A DNA stretch of 64,000 nt from the IMG/VR virus record IMGVR_UViG_3300028802_000398, one strand, 5' to 3'. Under the pieces are notes generated by a model that saw only the letters and a program-made list of their open reading frames with translations, was not told the DNA's origin and searched no databases. This document shows positions 9,860 through 17,464 of this stretch, piece by piece (positions within the stretch are counted from its first letter, which is position 1; each line of letters begins with the position of its first letter). This stretch comes from a virus. The translations under genes and the position numbers were made by a program.

Positions 9860-10226
9860 CCTCTTGAGCACGCTTGCTGGGCTGTTTGGTCAAGAATCCT
9901 TTGCCTCGACCTTGGGCGTAGATCTCCTTCCGGGTCTCGTTGTCGAACTGTCTACCCGTCGGATCAAGACGCTTCCCGTTCTGCTCGATCCACCAGTGCA
10001 CTCCACCGGGGCACGGTGCCGAGAACGGCTTGGCGCCAGCGGCGCTTCCACCGATCATGTGGTAGAGGGATTCGGCGGCGACGTAACAATGTCCGGCCAA
10101 GGGATTAGGGTTACCGCGCCATTGGGGGAGAAGAAGGTCTGGCGTGAGGACGCGCTGAATCTTCTTGATCAGAGCCTTGGGATCTGGCTCGCCCTTGGCC
10201 GTTCTAAAGTCGTAGCTTGCGCCCAT
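9834..10226 (-). CDS. Hypothetical protein (YDFR motif)
   Basis: MGASYDFRTAKG start; GHCYVAAE and HWW motifs; GTTTTTAT 16 nt upstream. Confidence 0.65.
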   Translation of the reverse strand: MGASYDFRTAKGEPDPKALIKKIQRVLTPDLLLPQWRGNPNPLAGHCYVAAESLYHMIGGSAAGAKPFSAPCPGGVHWWIEQNGKRLDPTGRQFDNETRKEIYAQGRGKGFLTKQPSKRAQEVIRRVENQ

Positions 10227-10259
10227 GCGCTAAAGCGCGGGCATAAAAACAATGGGCTC

Positions 10260-10871
10260 TCACCAGGTGAGGTTGCCTTCTGCCTTCCGCTGTCGGAACG
10301 TAGCGATCACGTAGGGGCCATACGCGTGCATCATGTAGACGCCGCCGGCCCATCGTTTGCGATCGTAGTCACTGCCAGTTTTGAGGGCACGCTCGCGGCG
10401 ATTGCGGATGTTGTCGGCCGCTGCTCGAATCATCTCTTTCCGGTATGGTTCCCAGATCGGCGCGTGGGCCATTACCCAAGTTCCGTAGTCGGCGACAGCC
10501 TCTTCGTAGAACGGATCGCCCTCGGGGAACTGTGATAGGGATCCGTGAATCATCTCGTGCGTGAGTTTCTCTAAAGTCGCCCCCGGCTGGTCGGCGAGAT
10601 GAGAGCCGAGACGGATTTGGCCCGACACGAGATCGAAGCTCGCGTTGGCGCATGCCATATGGAAGCCCTCGGAGAGTGGCAAGATGTTACTCTTGGGCTG
10701 GGTCCCATACGGCCCCAAGGCGTCTTCAATGAACGCGTGAATTTTAGGAGCCCAGAGCTGGACGAATGCGTTCCAATGATCTGGGTATATGGCACAGGTG
10801 AAACTCCGACTCGGCAGCGCGTCACTGGCCGTTCGGAGAAGCTTGTGCACTCCCTCGGGGATAGGGGTCAT
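10260..10871 (-). CDS. Zincin-like metallopeptidase
   Basis: LTHEMIHG (HExxH) followed by YEEAVAD. Confidence 0.7.
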   Translation of the reverse strand: MTPIPEGVHKLLRTASDALPSRSFTCAIYPDHWNAFVQLWAPKIHAFIEDALGPYGTQPKSNILPLSEGFHMACANASFDLVSGQIRLGSHLADQPGATLEKLTHEMIHGSLSQFPEGDPFYEEAVADYGTWVMAHAPIWEPYRKEMIRAAADNIRNRRERALKTGSDYDRKRWAGGVYMMHAYGPYVIATFRQRKAEGNLTW

Positions 10872-10906
10872 GTATAGACGCGGTAAAAGAACCTTTATCA
10901 GATTGC

Positions 10907-11560
10907 ATGGGTATGTCGGACCTATCGATCCCTAGCTCGACCGGATTGGTGTTGAACACTCATCAGGTTTACACGGGTGTTACTCTGGGGACTGAAGAGG
11001 ACCCAATTCAGTACTCCTTCAATGGGACCAATGACTTCACTGGCTACGCCCATCGCCCTGTCCCTGGTCAGCTGCTTCAGACCAACGGGATCGGACAGTT
11101 TGAAATAGAGCATATTGGGGTCCGTGGTTCGATGACCGCGGAGGTCATCACTGGGCCGGTTGGGCTGGCTCGCGCTATCATCAAGGTCACCTCCGAGTTG
11201 ACCAGCCCCCCTCGGGACACGCTTCAGATCTCACTCGACAGCTCGAATCGGCCGGTACTAACGATCGCATATTCTGGCGCCTCGATCATTAAAATATCGG
11301 CGCCAGGCGGTGACCCGATCCCTGAGGGGGCTTATGTTGGGGTCCGTGTTGTCTGGGATTCGATAACCCCGCTCGCCAGCGGCAACCACGTAGACTTTAC
11401 GCTCCTTAACGGCGCGCCCGTTCCTGGCGACATGGGCGACATCCCGACCGCTCCCTGGCCGACGGCCTACAAGAGATACGTCCGAATCGGGTACGGGGCT
11501 CAGTTGTATGATTTCAACGGAACGATCCTCAACCTCCAGGTTGGCGACCAGCGGATGTGA
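10907..11560 (+). CDS. Hypothetical beta-rich protein, possibly structural
   Basis: 217-aa ORF, Gly/Pro/beta-strand-like composition; no family recognised. Confidence 0.55.
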   Translation: MGMSDLSIPSSTGLVLNTHQVYTGVTLGTEEDPIQYSFNGTNDFTGYAHRPVPGQLLQTNGIGQFEIEHIGVRGSMTAEVITGPVGLARAIIKVTSELTSPPRDTLQISLDSSNRPVLTIAYSGASIIKISAPGGDPIPEGAYVGVRVVWDSITPLASGNHVDFTLLNGAPVPGDMGDIPTAPWPTAYKRYVRIGYGAQLYDFNGTILNLQVGDQRM

Positions 11561-11569
11561 GCAGTACTC

Positions 11570-12661
11570 ATGATTAGAGAGGGAATCGCAGATCGTGTCG
11601 CTTGGCGCTATGCCGCGGCCGCGATGTCGGAGGATAAGTTTAAGGAGCTGCTTCTCAAGATACGCAAGGGTGCGACCACGAGCTTGACGATCAAGCAGTG
11701 GCTAGAGGTGCTGGCACGGTTGGGCGGGGGCTGGAAGGTGGAAAAGACTGTCGCCTTCGTTACCACCCAGGGTTATGAGACGGCGGATAACCGGCCCCAA
11801 CACCACTTCGAGTACGACATCGGACGGATTCAGGCGGTACACGCGCGGCTGAAGCAGCAAGAGGTTTCGAGCAAGCCCTCTGCGCCGAAGTTCGGGCACA
11901 AGTACGTGATTGACCTCTCGGATGTGAAGGAGGGACAGCCGGGATCTTGGTATGTCACCTATCACGAGTTCGTCGGGACCGACGGCTTCCTTTTTACGTC
12001 ACCGGAGGGACAAGTCTTCGAGCAGGGCGCCGATCTAAATCAGGTGGAGCGTGGCGACTACAAAAAGATGACGCCTTACGCACTCGCCGCTTGGCTCGAC
12101 AAGAAGACCAAGCTGAAAGAGCAGGTCTCTAACTACTTGGGCATGGACACCCATGAGGCCGAGCGAGACAAGAAGAAGCCCAAGACCCGTAGCGCGAGCG
12201 GGACGTGTTCCTGTTGTTTCCGCAACATCAAGCTGAAGGCCCGCAGTAACGCACCGCCCACGATCGTGCTCCATGGCTATGAGCGCCCTGGTTGGGGACA
12301 GATCCGGGGTAGCTGTTACGGTGTCGGCTATCAGCCTTTCGAGCTTTCGTGCGAGGGAACCGAGCACCTGGTCGAGGTCCTCGACAAGAGTGAAGCCCAC
12401 CACAAGGACTTCCTGCGCCGTCTCGAAAATGGGGAAGTTGACCAGCTGCTCTATGAGCTGTCCGGAAACGCCAAGATGATCAAACCAGGGGATCTGGCTT
12501 GGGATCGTCTGCTCGCGGGAAGGATTGATGAGACCAAGAAGCTCCTAGCGCGGCTGGTGAAGGATCTTCAGGTCCTCCGGAAGCTCATCGTTGATTGGAA
12601 GCCGCAGCCGCTGCCCGAAGAGGGTCAGGCGATCAAGCCGCCTCCCGTGCAGTTTCGGTAG
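11570..12661 (+). CDS. Hypothetical protein with RVAWRY N-terminal motif
   Basis: IADRVAWRYAAA; CSCC..H..C cluster in C-terminal half. Confidence 0.7.
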   Translation: MIREGIADRVAWRYAAAAMSEDKFKELLLKIRKGATTSLTIKQWLEVLARLGGGWKVEKTVAFVTTQGYETADNRPQHHFEYDIGRIQAVHARLKQQEVSSKPSAPKFGHKYVIDLSDVKEGQPGSWYVTYHEFVGTDGFLFTSPEGQVFEQGADLNQVERGDYKKMTPYALAAWLDKKTKLKEQVSNYLGMDTHEAERDKKKPKTRSASGTCSCCFRNIKLKARSNAPPTIVLHGYERPGWGQIRGSCYGVGYQPFELSCEGTEHLVEVLDKSEAHHKDFLRRLENGEVDQLLYELSGNAKMIKPGDLAWDRLLAGRIDETKKLLARLVKDLQVLRKLIVDWKPQPLPEEGQAIKPPPVQFR

Positions 12662-12860
12662 CAGTCCGGAGCCTACCGCCCTTCATCTTTACCCAGACGC
12701 GGGGATTCCCCGTTACGTTTCAGCCACTTGCAACTTTCCAAAGAAAGACTTGCACTTTTCTTTATCAAATGGCTTGCGTGCTAGGCTCGGAGGTGTAAGA
12801 ACCCACCGAACCAGTACCTGGTGGGCTTGTCGCCCGCCGATGGCCCAAGAGAACACGGAC

Positions 12861-13055
12861 ATGACGACGCAGCTCACAAGACAGCCCATAGCCCAGACGG
12901 TGAAAACCGTGGGGACGTGGTGTGCCCTGAGCTTGAGCGCCGAAGGTTTGTCGGCGAGCTATCTCGGTCGCAAGCCCATGGTCCATCAAGCCTCAGAGTT
13001 TATTGCCCGCAATCCGCGGAACTTTGAGGCAGATACTAGGGCGGCACTCGACTAA
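12861..13055 (+). CDS. Small hypothetical protein
   Basis: 64-aa ORF downstream of a GGTGTA motif and followed by a terminator. Confidence 0.45.
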   Translation: MTTQLTRQPIAQTVKTVGTWCALSLSAEGLSASYLGRKPMVHQASEFIARNPRNFEADTRAALD

Positions 13056-13080
13056 TCGATCCCACAAGAGGATTGAATCG

Positions 13081-13118
13081 AGGGCCGACCTGGGAAACCA
13101 AGTCGGCCCTTTTCGTTT
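13081..13118 (+). terminator. Rho-independent terminator
   Basis: AGGGCCGAC/GTCGGCCCT stem followed by TTTCGTTT. Confidence 0.75.
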
Positions 13119-13196
13119 CTAGGGACTCAAGATGATCACGCGACACGAACCATTACACGAACGCTATCGACGCTCAGCTGCCACGGATACGTCTAT

Positions 13197-13276
13197 CCGG
13201 GTGCTGGGCATTGGTGAGCCCAAGGAGCTGTAACCTCCCCGTGAAAGCTGTGCTCGTTCGAATCGGGCCACCCGGA
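13197..13276 (+). tRNA. tRNA-Tyr(GTA)
   Basis: CCGGGTG/CACCCGG acceptor, GGAG-CTGTAAC-CTCC anticodon arm, TTCGAAT T-loop. Confidence 0.75.
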
Positions 13277-13331
13277 CTAATGAAGGTAACCATGAAGGAA
13301 CTCAAACGAATGCTGCGACGCCGCCTATTTT

Positions 13332-13404
13332 GGGGTCGTAGCTAAGTGGCCAAAGCAACCGACTTTTAATCGGGCGATCGAGGGTTCGACTCCCTCCGAC
13401 CCTA
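13332..13404 (+). tRNA. tRNA-Lys(TTT)
   Basis: GGGGTCG/CGACCCT acceptor, loop CTTTTAA, GGTTCGACTCC. Confidence 0.9.
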
Positions 13405-13410
13405 CCGAAT

Positions 13411-13485
13411 GCCGCGCACGCTCAACGGCCGAGCAGCAGATTCTTAATTTGCCCCTACAGGGTTCGACTCCCTGGCGCGGTACCA
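13411..13485 (+). tRNA. tRNA-Lys(CTT)
   Basis: GCCGCGC/GCGCGGT acceptor, GCAGA-TTCTTAA-TTTGC, encoded CCA. Confidence 0.9.
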
Positions 13486-13547
13486 GCAAGACGCGAAAGG
13501 CCCCGAATGCCGGGATCAGCCTGGATAAGCGATAGTGGCGTCTTTGC
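13486..13547 (+). ncRNA. Structured RNA motif, copy 1 (related to 16158-16214)
   Basis: GCAAGACGC/GCGTCTTTGC outer stem enclosing GAAAGGCCCCGAATGCCGGGATCAGCCTGGATAA. Confidence 0.45.
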
Positions 13548-13728
13548 TCTGTGACAACTGAATATTGGAATTCGAGATGATCACGTCATCGGAGTCGTGC
13601 TGGGCGGATCCCTAGGCGATGAAGTGTGGCGTCGTCATCCGTCTTAGCGGGGGTCTTGGGCTCCTAAGGCCTGAGGCCCCCGCGAAGGACAATGTAGCTC
13701 CAGTGCGGAGCTACAGCAACGTATTGTT

Positions 13729-13800
13729 GCCCTCGTACGCATCTGGTGAAGCGGGCCGATTGTCGATCGGTCGAGGCAGGTTCGACTCCTGTCGGGGGCG
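13729..13800 (+). tRNA. tRNA-Asp(GTC)
   Basis: GCCCTCG/CGGGGGC acceptor, GCCGA-TTGTCGA-TCGGT, G73. Confidence 0.9.
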
Positions 13801-13900
13801 CCTAGATGGCTGCAGAGCCTATCTGACAGCGGGTCTGTTAGATCACAGCGAGTGTCGAGAATCTAGCCGGTAGCCGCGACCGTACTCGCAGCGGCGCCAA

Positions 13901-13975
13901 GGGGTCATCGTCCAACTGGGAAGACACCTGGTTTGCACCCAGGAAATCGGGGATCGTAGCCCCGTGACTCCACCA
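13901..13975 (+). tRNA. tRNA-Ala(TGC)
   Basis: G3:U70 pair, CCTGG-TTTGCAC-CCAGG, CCA; atypical T-loop ATCGTAG. Confidence 0.85.
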
Positions 13976-14044
13976 TCAATGCCATGACTTGAATGAACCG
14001 GTCGTTGGGGATAAGGGCCAGATGCGGGCACCCTTATCCCCGTT

Positions 14045-14118
14045 GTCCCCGTCGTCTAAAGGAAAGGCACAGTCCTACGAAGGCTGCTATGAAGGTTCGA
14101 GTCCTTCCGGGGACGCCA
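14045..14118 (+). tRNA. tRNA-Arg(ACG)
   Basis: GTCCCCG/CGGGGAC, CAGTC-CTACGAA-GGCTG, CCA. Confidence 0.9.
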
Positions 14119-14130
14119 AGGTCGTGAATC

Positions 14131-14835
14131 TTAGGCCTGCTGCATGAGTGGAATGTTCGGCCGAACTGTAGAGACGAACTTCCGAAGCTTGCGGTAGGTC
14201 TCGATGTCCGCCTCTACGGCTTCTAAGGCAGCTTGTTTCAGGGCCGCCTCCTGTTGGACCTCTCTAAGAAGATCGACCATCTCATCGTGCTCTGCTTTGA
14301 GGTCTTTTTGTTTCGCGGTCAGCTGTTCGAGCACGACTTTGCCATTCTCAAGCCATGCTGCAATGTTGTCAGTTTTGCGCTTCGGTTGAGTCGGCGCCGT
14401 CACTGGCTCTGGCGTCACCGCTAGTTCTGGCTCTGGATCGGATACCACTCGCGCTGCCGTGGATCGCGGAGCAAGCTTAACGAGCGCCTGTTCTTCGGCA
14501 GGCGGTGGCACTGACGCCGGAGCGGGAGCGGGAACGGGAGCGGCTAGAAGACTCGCAAGTGCCGGTGGGACCGCCCGCAGTAGCGGCAGTGATTGTTGTT
14601 GTGGCTGTGGGTTCGGGACAGGGCGGGGCGCCTTGGCGATTCGTTTCAGGCGCTTGTAGGGGATCTTCTGATTCCCTCCACTATCGAACCGGACCGTCGC
14701 GAAGGCTGACTCCTTGTCCACTATGCGGCCAGCTCGCATGGAGCTTGTTCCGCTGCCATATCCTGGGAATTCGACGTTTACCTCGTCGCCGATCTCCCAG
14801 TCATCCCGTAGATCCTGCAGGCTGTTTTCGGGCAT
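14131..14835 (-). CDS. Hypothetical protein: Tudor/SH3-like N-terminus, Pro/Ala linker, coiled coil
   Basis: WEIGDEVNVEF..GRIV..ATVRFD pattern; heptad-rich C-terminus. Confidence 0.6.
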   Translation of the reverse strand: MPENSLQDLRDDWEIGDEVNVEFPGYGSGTSSMRAGRIVDKESAFATVRFDSGGNQKIPYKRLKRIAKAPRPVPNPQPQQQSLPLLRAVPPALASLLAAPVPAPAPASVPPPAEEQALVKLAPRSTAARVVSDPEPELAVTPEPVTAPTQPKRKTDNIAAWLENGKVVLEQLTAKQKDLKAEHDEMVDLLREVQQEAALKQAALEAVEADIETYRKLRKFVSTVRPNIPLMQQA

Positions 14836-15024
14836 GGTCGCGCTCCTCCAAGCGCAATACCGTGTACGTTACCGCCAAATTGTGCCTGCGCGCAAGCGCT
14901 TGTCCGCGCGCAAGCTTTTCCCCGCGGCTGGTGTAGCGCGGGCTCTGAGGGAACGCCACTGCCACTTGGCCAAGAGCCAGTCGATCGAATCAGGCGTGAC
15001 TTGCCGGAGAGAGTTCCGGCTCAT

Positions 15025-15110
15025 TCCAGGGTGGGGGAACGGTAATCCCACGGCGCTGTTAACGCCGCGTCCCGCAAGGGCAATTGCAGGTTCGAGTCCT
15101 GCCCCTGGAG
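15025..15110 (+). tRNA. tRNA-Asn(GTT) with a long variable arm
   Basis: TCCAGGG/CCCTGGA, CGGCG-CTGTTAA-CGCCG, G73, extra arm GTCCC-GCAA-GGGC. Confidence 0.8.
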
Positions 15111-15140
15111 CCGAGCAGCATCCACATCGACCAAGCAAAC

Positions 15141-15214
15141 AAGCAAAAACGCCCCAAGGTGGGGCATCTTTCGGCAAAAAAGACAAAGGCGGGTTCGATT
15201 CCCGCTTTGCAACA
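15141..15214 (+). pseudogene. Degenerate tRNA-like element (Cys GCA-like)
   Basis: D hairpin GCCCC/GGGGC, TCTTT-CGGCAAA-AAAGA, perfect T arm, only 5-bp acceptor. Confidence 0.5.
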
Positions 15215-15273
15215 TCACTGCTTGATCTCTCGGGTGCTGCTCTAATCTTTTGGTGTAAATCTCTAGTGCATGA

Positions 15274-15346
15274 TGCGGGTTGGAGAAACGGCTATCTCGT
15301 GAGTCTCATAAACTCAAGACACCTGGTTCAATTCCAGGACCCGCTA
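15274..15346 (+). tRNA. tRNA-Met(CAT) with 1:72 mismatch
   Basis: TGAGT-CTCATAA-ACTCA; T1/T72 mismatch, but no 3GC anticodon stem, so initiator status is unclear. Confidence 0.8.
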
Positions 15347-15372
15347 CCGAGAGTGTTCACATTACCAGGCAT

Positions 15373-15444
15373 ACACGCGTAGCTCATTTGGTAGAGCGTC
15401 TGTCTTGTACACAGAATGTTGCTGGTTCGATCCCAGTCGCCCTC
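15373..15444 (+). pseudogene. tRNA-Thr(TGT)-like with broken acceptor stem
   Basis: Canonical D, anticodon (TCTGT-CTTGTAC-ACAGA) and T arms; only 3 acceptor pairs. Confidence 0.6.
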
Positions 15445-15487
15445 GAAAGAGGTTGTCCTGCCTGATTCCTCGAACACTCTCTTTTCT

Positions 15488-15679
15488 ATGACGGTCTCCG
15501 AACTCATCCGCCTGTTGAGCCAATGTCAGGACCCGAATCGGTCCGTGACCATCGGCATCAAGAGACAGCGGTACATGGCGTCGCTTGACGAGGTCTATCT
15601 TGACGCCGAAGGCATCGGGCCGAGTGGCAAAGAGCTGGTGGTGGCCCTCGTCAACGCAGAGGAAGATCTCCCTAATTAG
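15488..15679 (+). CDS. Small hypothetical protein
   Basis: MTVSELIRLL-type small phage ORF. Confidence 0.55.
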   Translation: MTVSELIRLLSQCQDPNRSVTIGIKRQRYMASLDEVYLDAEGIGPSGKELVVALVNAEEDLPN

Positions 15680-15738
15680 GCTCATCCGCCATGCGCGGAA
15701 GGAGTAACGAGGCCGTCTCGCGAGAGGCGGCCTTAGCA

Positions 15739-15811
15739 CGGACGTTATAACTAGGGTTTAGTTTGGCGCTCTGATAAGGCGCAGAAAGAGGTTCGACTCC
15801 TCTACGTCCGA
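15739..15811 (+). tRNA. tRNA-Ile(GAT)
   Basis: CGGACGT/ACGTCCG, GCGCT-CTGATAA-GGCGC. Confidence 0.85.
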
Positions 15812-15821
15812 CTGAGACTAT

Positions 15822-15898
15822 CTAGATGTAGCACAGCTTGGTAGTGCGCACCGTTTGGGGCGGTGAGGTCGTGGGTTCGAATCCCCCCATCTAGACCA
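15822..15898 (+). tRNA. tRNA-Pro(TGG)
   Basis: CTAGATG/CATCTAG, CACCG-TTTGGGG-CGGTG, CCA. Confidence 0.9.
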
Positions 15899-15900
15899 AT

Positions 15901-15977
15901 CGGAGTGTTGCCTAGTGGTAAGGCGCTTGTCTCGGGGACAAGAGATACCGGGGGTTCGATTCCCTCCACTCCGACCA
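15901..15977 (+). tRNA. tRNA-Pro(CGG)
   Basis: CGGAGTG/CACTCCG, CTTGT-CTCGGGG-ACAAG, CCA. Confidence 0.92.
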
Positions 15978-16077
15978 ACCACGTCCAGCACCAAAGCCGC
16001 GTAAGTCGTTCCAAGGAACGTTGCGGTCACTCTGGGTAAGCCGTCTTCACGACGTTCCAGTGGTGCCCGTGGGTCTT

Positions 16078-16148
16078 ATGTCGTTCATCTAATGGTAAGA
16101 TGGAAGATTCCAAATCTTCTCATTCGGGTTCAAGTCCCGAGCGACATG
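16078..16148 (+). tRNA. tRNA-Trp(CCA)
   Basis: ATGTCGT/GCGACAT, GAAGA-TTCCAAA-TCTTC. Confidence 0.85.
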
Positions 16149-16157
16149 CTGAGGACA

Positions 16158-16214
16158 ACCTACGTGAGAGATAGGCCCGAGAGTGCCGGGCGCGGCCCGA
16201 ACAAATCAGTAGGT
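16158..16214 (+). ncRNA. Structured RNA motif, copy 2 (related to 13486-13547)
   Basis: ACCTAC/GTAGGT outer stem enclosing GATAGGCCCGAGAGTGCCGGGCGCGGCCCGAACAA. Confidence 0.45.
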
Positions 16215-16288
16215 GACCGCGTATATTGGTTTCCGCCGCGACCGGCATGGGACGGCGGAAGTTCTCGGTGCGCCTAAACGTAAACAAT

Positions 16289-16367
16289 GCCCGTGTCGCC
16301 TCATGGTGAGGCACCGCACTCGTAACGCGGCTTTTTTCGGTGGGTTCGATTCCCATCACGGGCTCCA
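16289..16367 (+). tRNA. tRNA-Thr(CGT)
   Basis: GCCCGTG/CACGGGC, loop CTCGTAA, TCCA end. Confidence 0.88.
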
Positions 16368-16368
16368 T

Positions 16369-16446
16369 GGGTTGTGAGCTAGTACGGTTATTCAGCGACC
16401 GCCTGAAGAGCGGTAGAACCAGGTTCGACTCCTGGACAACCCACCA
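16369..16446 (+). tRNA. tRNA-Phe(GAA)
   Basis: GGGTTGT/ACAACCC, ACCGC-CTGAAGA-GCGGT, CCA. Confidence 0.9.
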
Positions 16447-16450
16447 CTGC

Positions 16451-16642
16451 CTAGTTTGAAGCCGGAGGCAGTCTGCTCGCCCGTCGAGGCGCGACCGCGC
16501 TCTGATGTTCGAGGCCGACCCAAGTGGCGAGAAAGTAATTCACCCAGCCGAGGGCCTCGGCGACCTCCTTGGCTCCGGCTTCCAGAGAGGCAAAGGTCCG
16601 TACGAACAAGGTGAGAGTCAGGTCTTTCTTTCGTGGCTTCAT
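16451..16642 (-). CDS. Small hypothetical protein
   Basis: 63-aa ORF filling the gap between tRNA genes, GGGAG upstream. Confidence 0.4.
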   Translation of the reverse strand: MKPRKKDLTLTLFVRTFASLEAGAKEVAEALGWVNYFLATWVGLEHQSAVAPRRASRLPPASN

Positions 16643-16823
16643 GGGGTCTCCCTTTTGATTGGCGGGTCCCTGCTAATACATTCTGGCGCGGGGAAATCTT
16701 CAAGCGCTTCTTTGTGGGTTTACGCGGCACATGTTGCCATGTTTCATGCCTCCATCGTCTACGTTGGTTAGGACACGTCGTTCTCAGCGACGGAAACGGG
16801 GATCGTCGCCCCGTGGGGGCGCC

Positions 16824-16945
16824 GGTTCGTGACACAGGCTTTAGTAGGCGCGGCGACCGTCTACGTCGTAGTGGTAGCGCTCGCTTGATCAACGAGGTCT
16901 GCGCCCGGCCGAGAGGCTTAGCGCTTCATGCCGCCGTCACGGACC
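16824..16945 (+). ncRNA. Multibranch structured RNA candidate
   Basis: 10-bp closing stem GGTTCGTGAC/GTCACGGACC enclosing several hairpins; ends 3 nt before tRNA-Glu. Confidence 0.35.
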
Positions 16946-16948
16946 TTT

Positions 16949-17021
16949 GCTCCCATAGTTTAATGGTTGAGAATGCCTGGTTTTCACCCAGGCGATCGGG
17001 GTTCGATTCCCCGTGGGAGCA
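16949..17021 (+). tRNA. tRNA-Glu(TTC)
   Basis: GCTCCCA/TGGGAGC, CCTGG-TTTTCAC-CCAGG. Confidence 0.9.
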
Positions 17022-17464
17022 CTCAACGTCTGCGGATCCAGTCATCCCATTCTTCGGCTTCCGAGCGATATGGGACCTCGATCGGATTGGCCTCGCTAGG
17101 GTCACAACCACAAGCCAGGATTGGACGGCCCTCGGGCTGCTCATCGTGATCGACCGCGGCACCGCAACTAGAGCAAACGTAGTGTGTCATGACAGCCCTT
17201 CTTATTGAGGGGGCTCACCAGAGGATTACGGCGCGTAGGGTGCCTCCCTGCCCGCGCCAGAAGCAGCGCACAGAGCGCATCAACCACTAGTCGAGTCAGG
17301 GGCTTGGCTAAAATGAGCGTCCGCTAGGGGGCGCGGTGGGAAAACCTAGCGCTTTTCTGCCTAGATGTAGGTGCAAAATAGTCTGGACAATAGTCTGGAA
17401 TAGACTTTTTGGATTCAGGGCCGTTGGGCTAGTAGCTCTAGGCTTCTTATGTCACGATCTAGAC

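Noticed and set aside
13486-13547. Canonical twister ribozyme
   Set aside because: The P4-like segment matches, but the L1 UAA, P2 and GAGGG pseudoknot strand do not; kept only as an unknown motif.
14714-16892. ORF-track ORFs spanning tRNA genes
   Set aside because: They overlap clear cloverleaves and give non-protein-like sequences.
17377-17399. AATAGTCTGGA direct repeat
   Set aside because: Only two copies and no regulator link; may be an operator but is unsupported.
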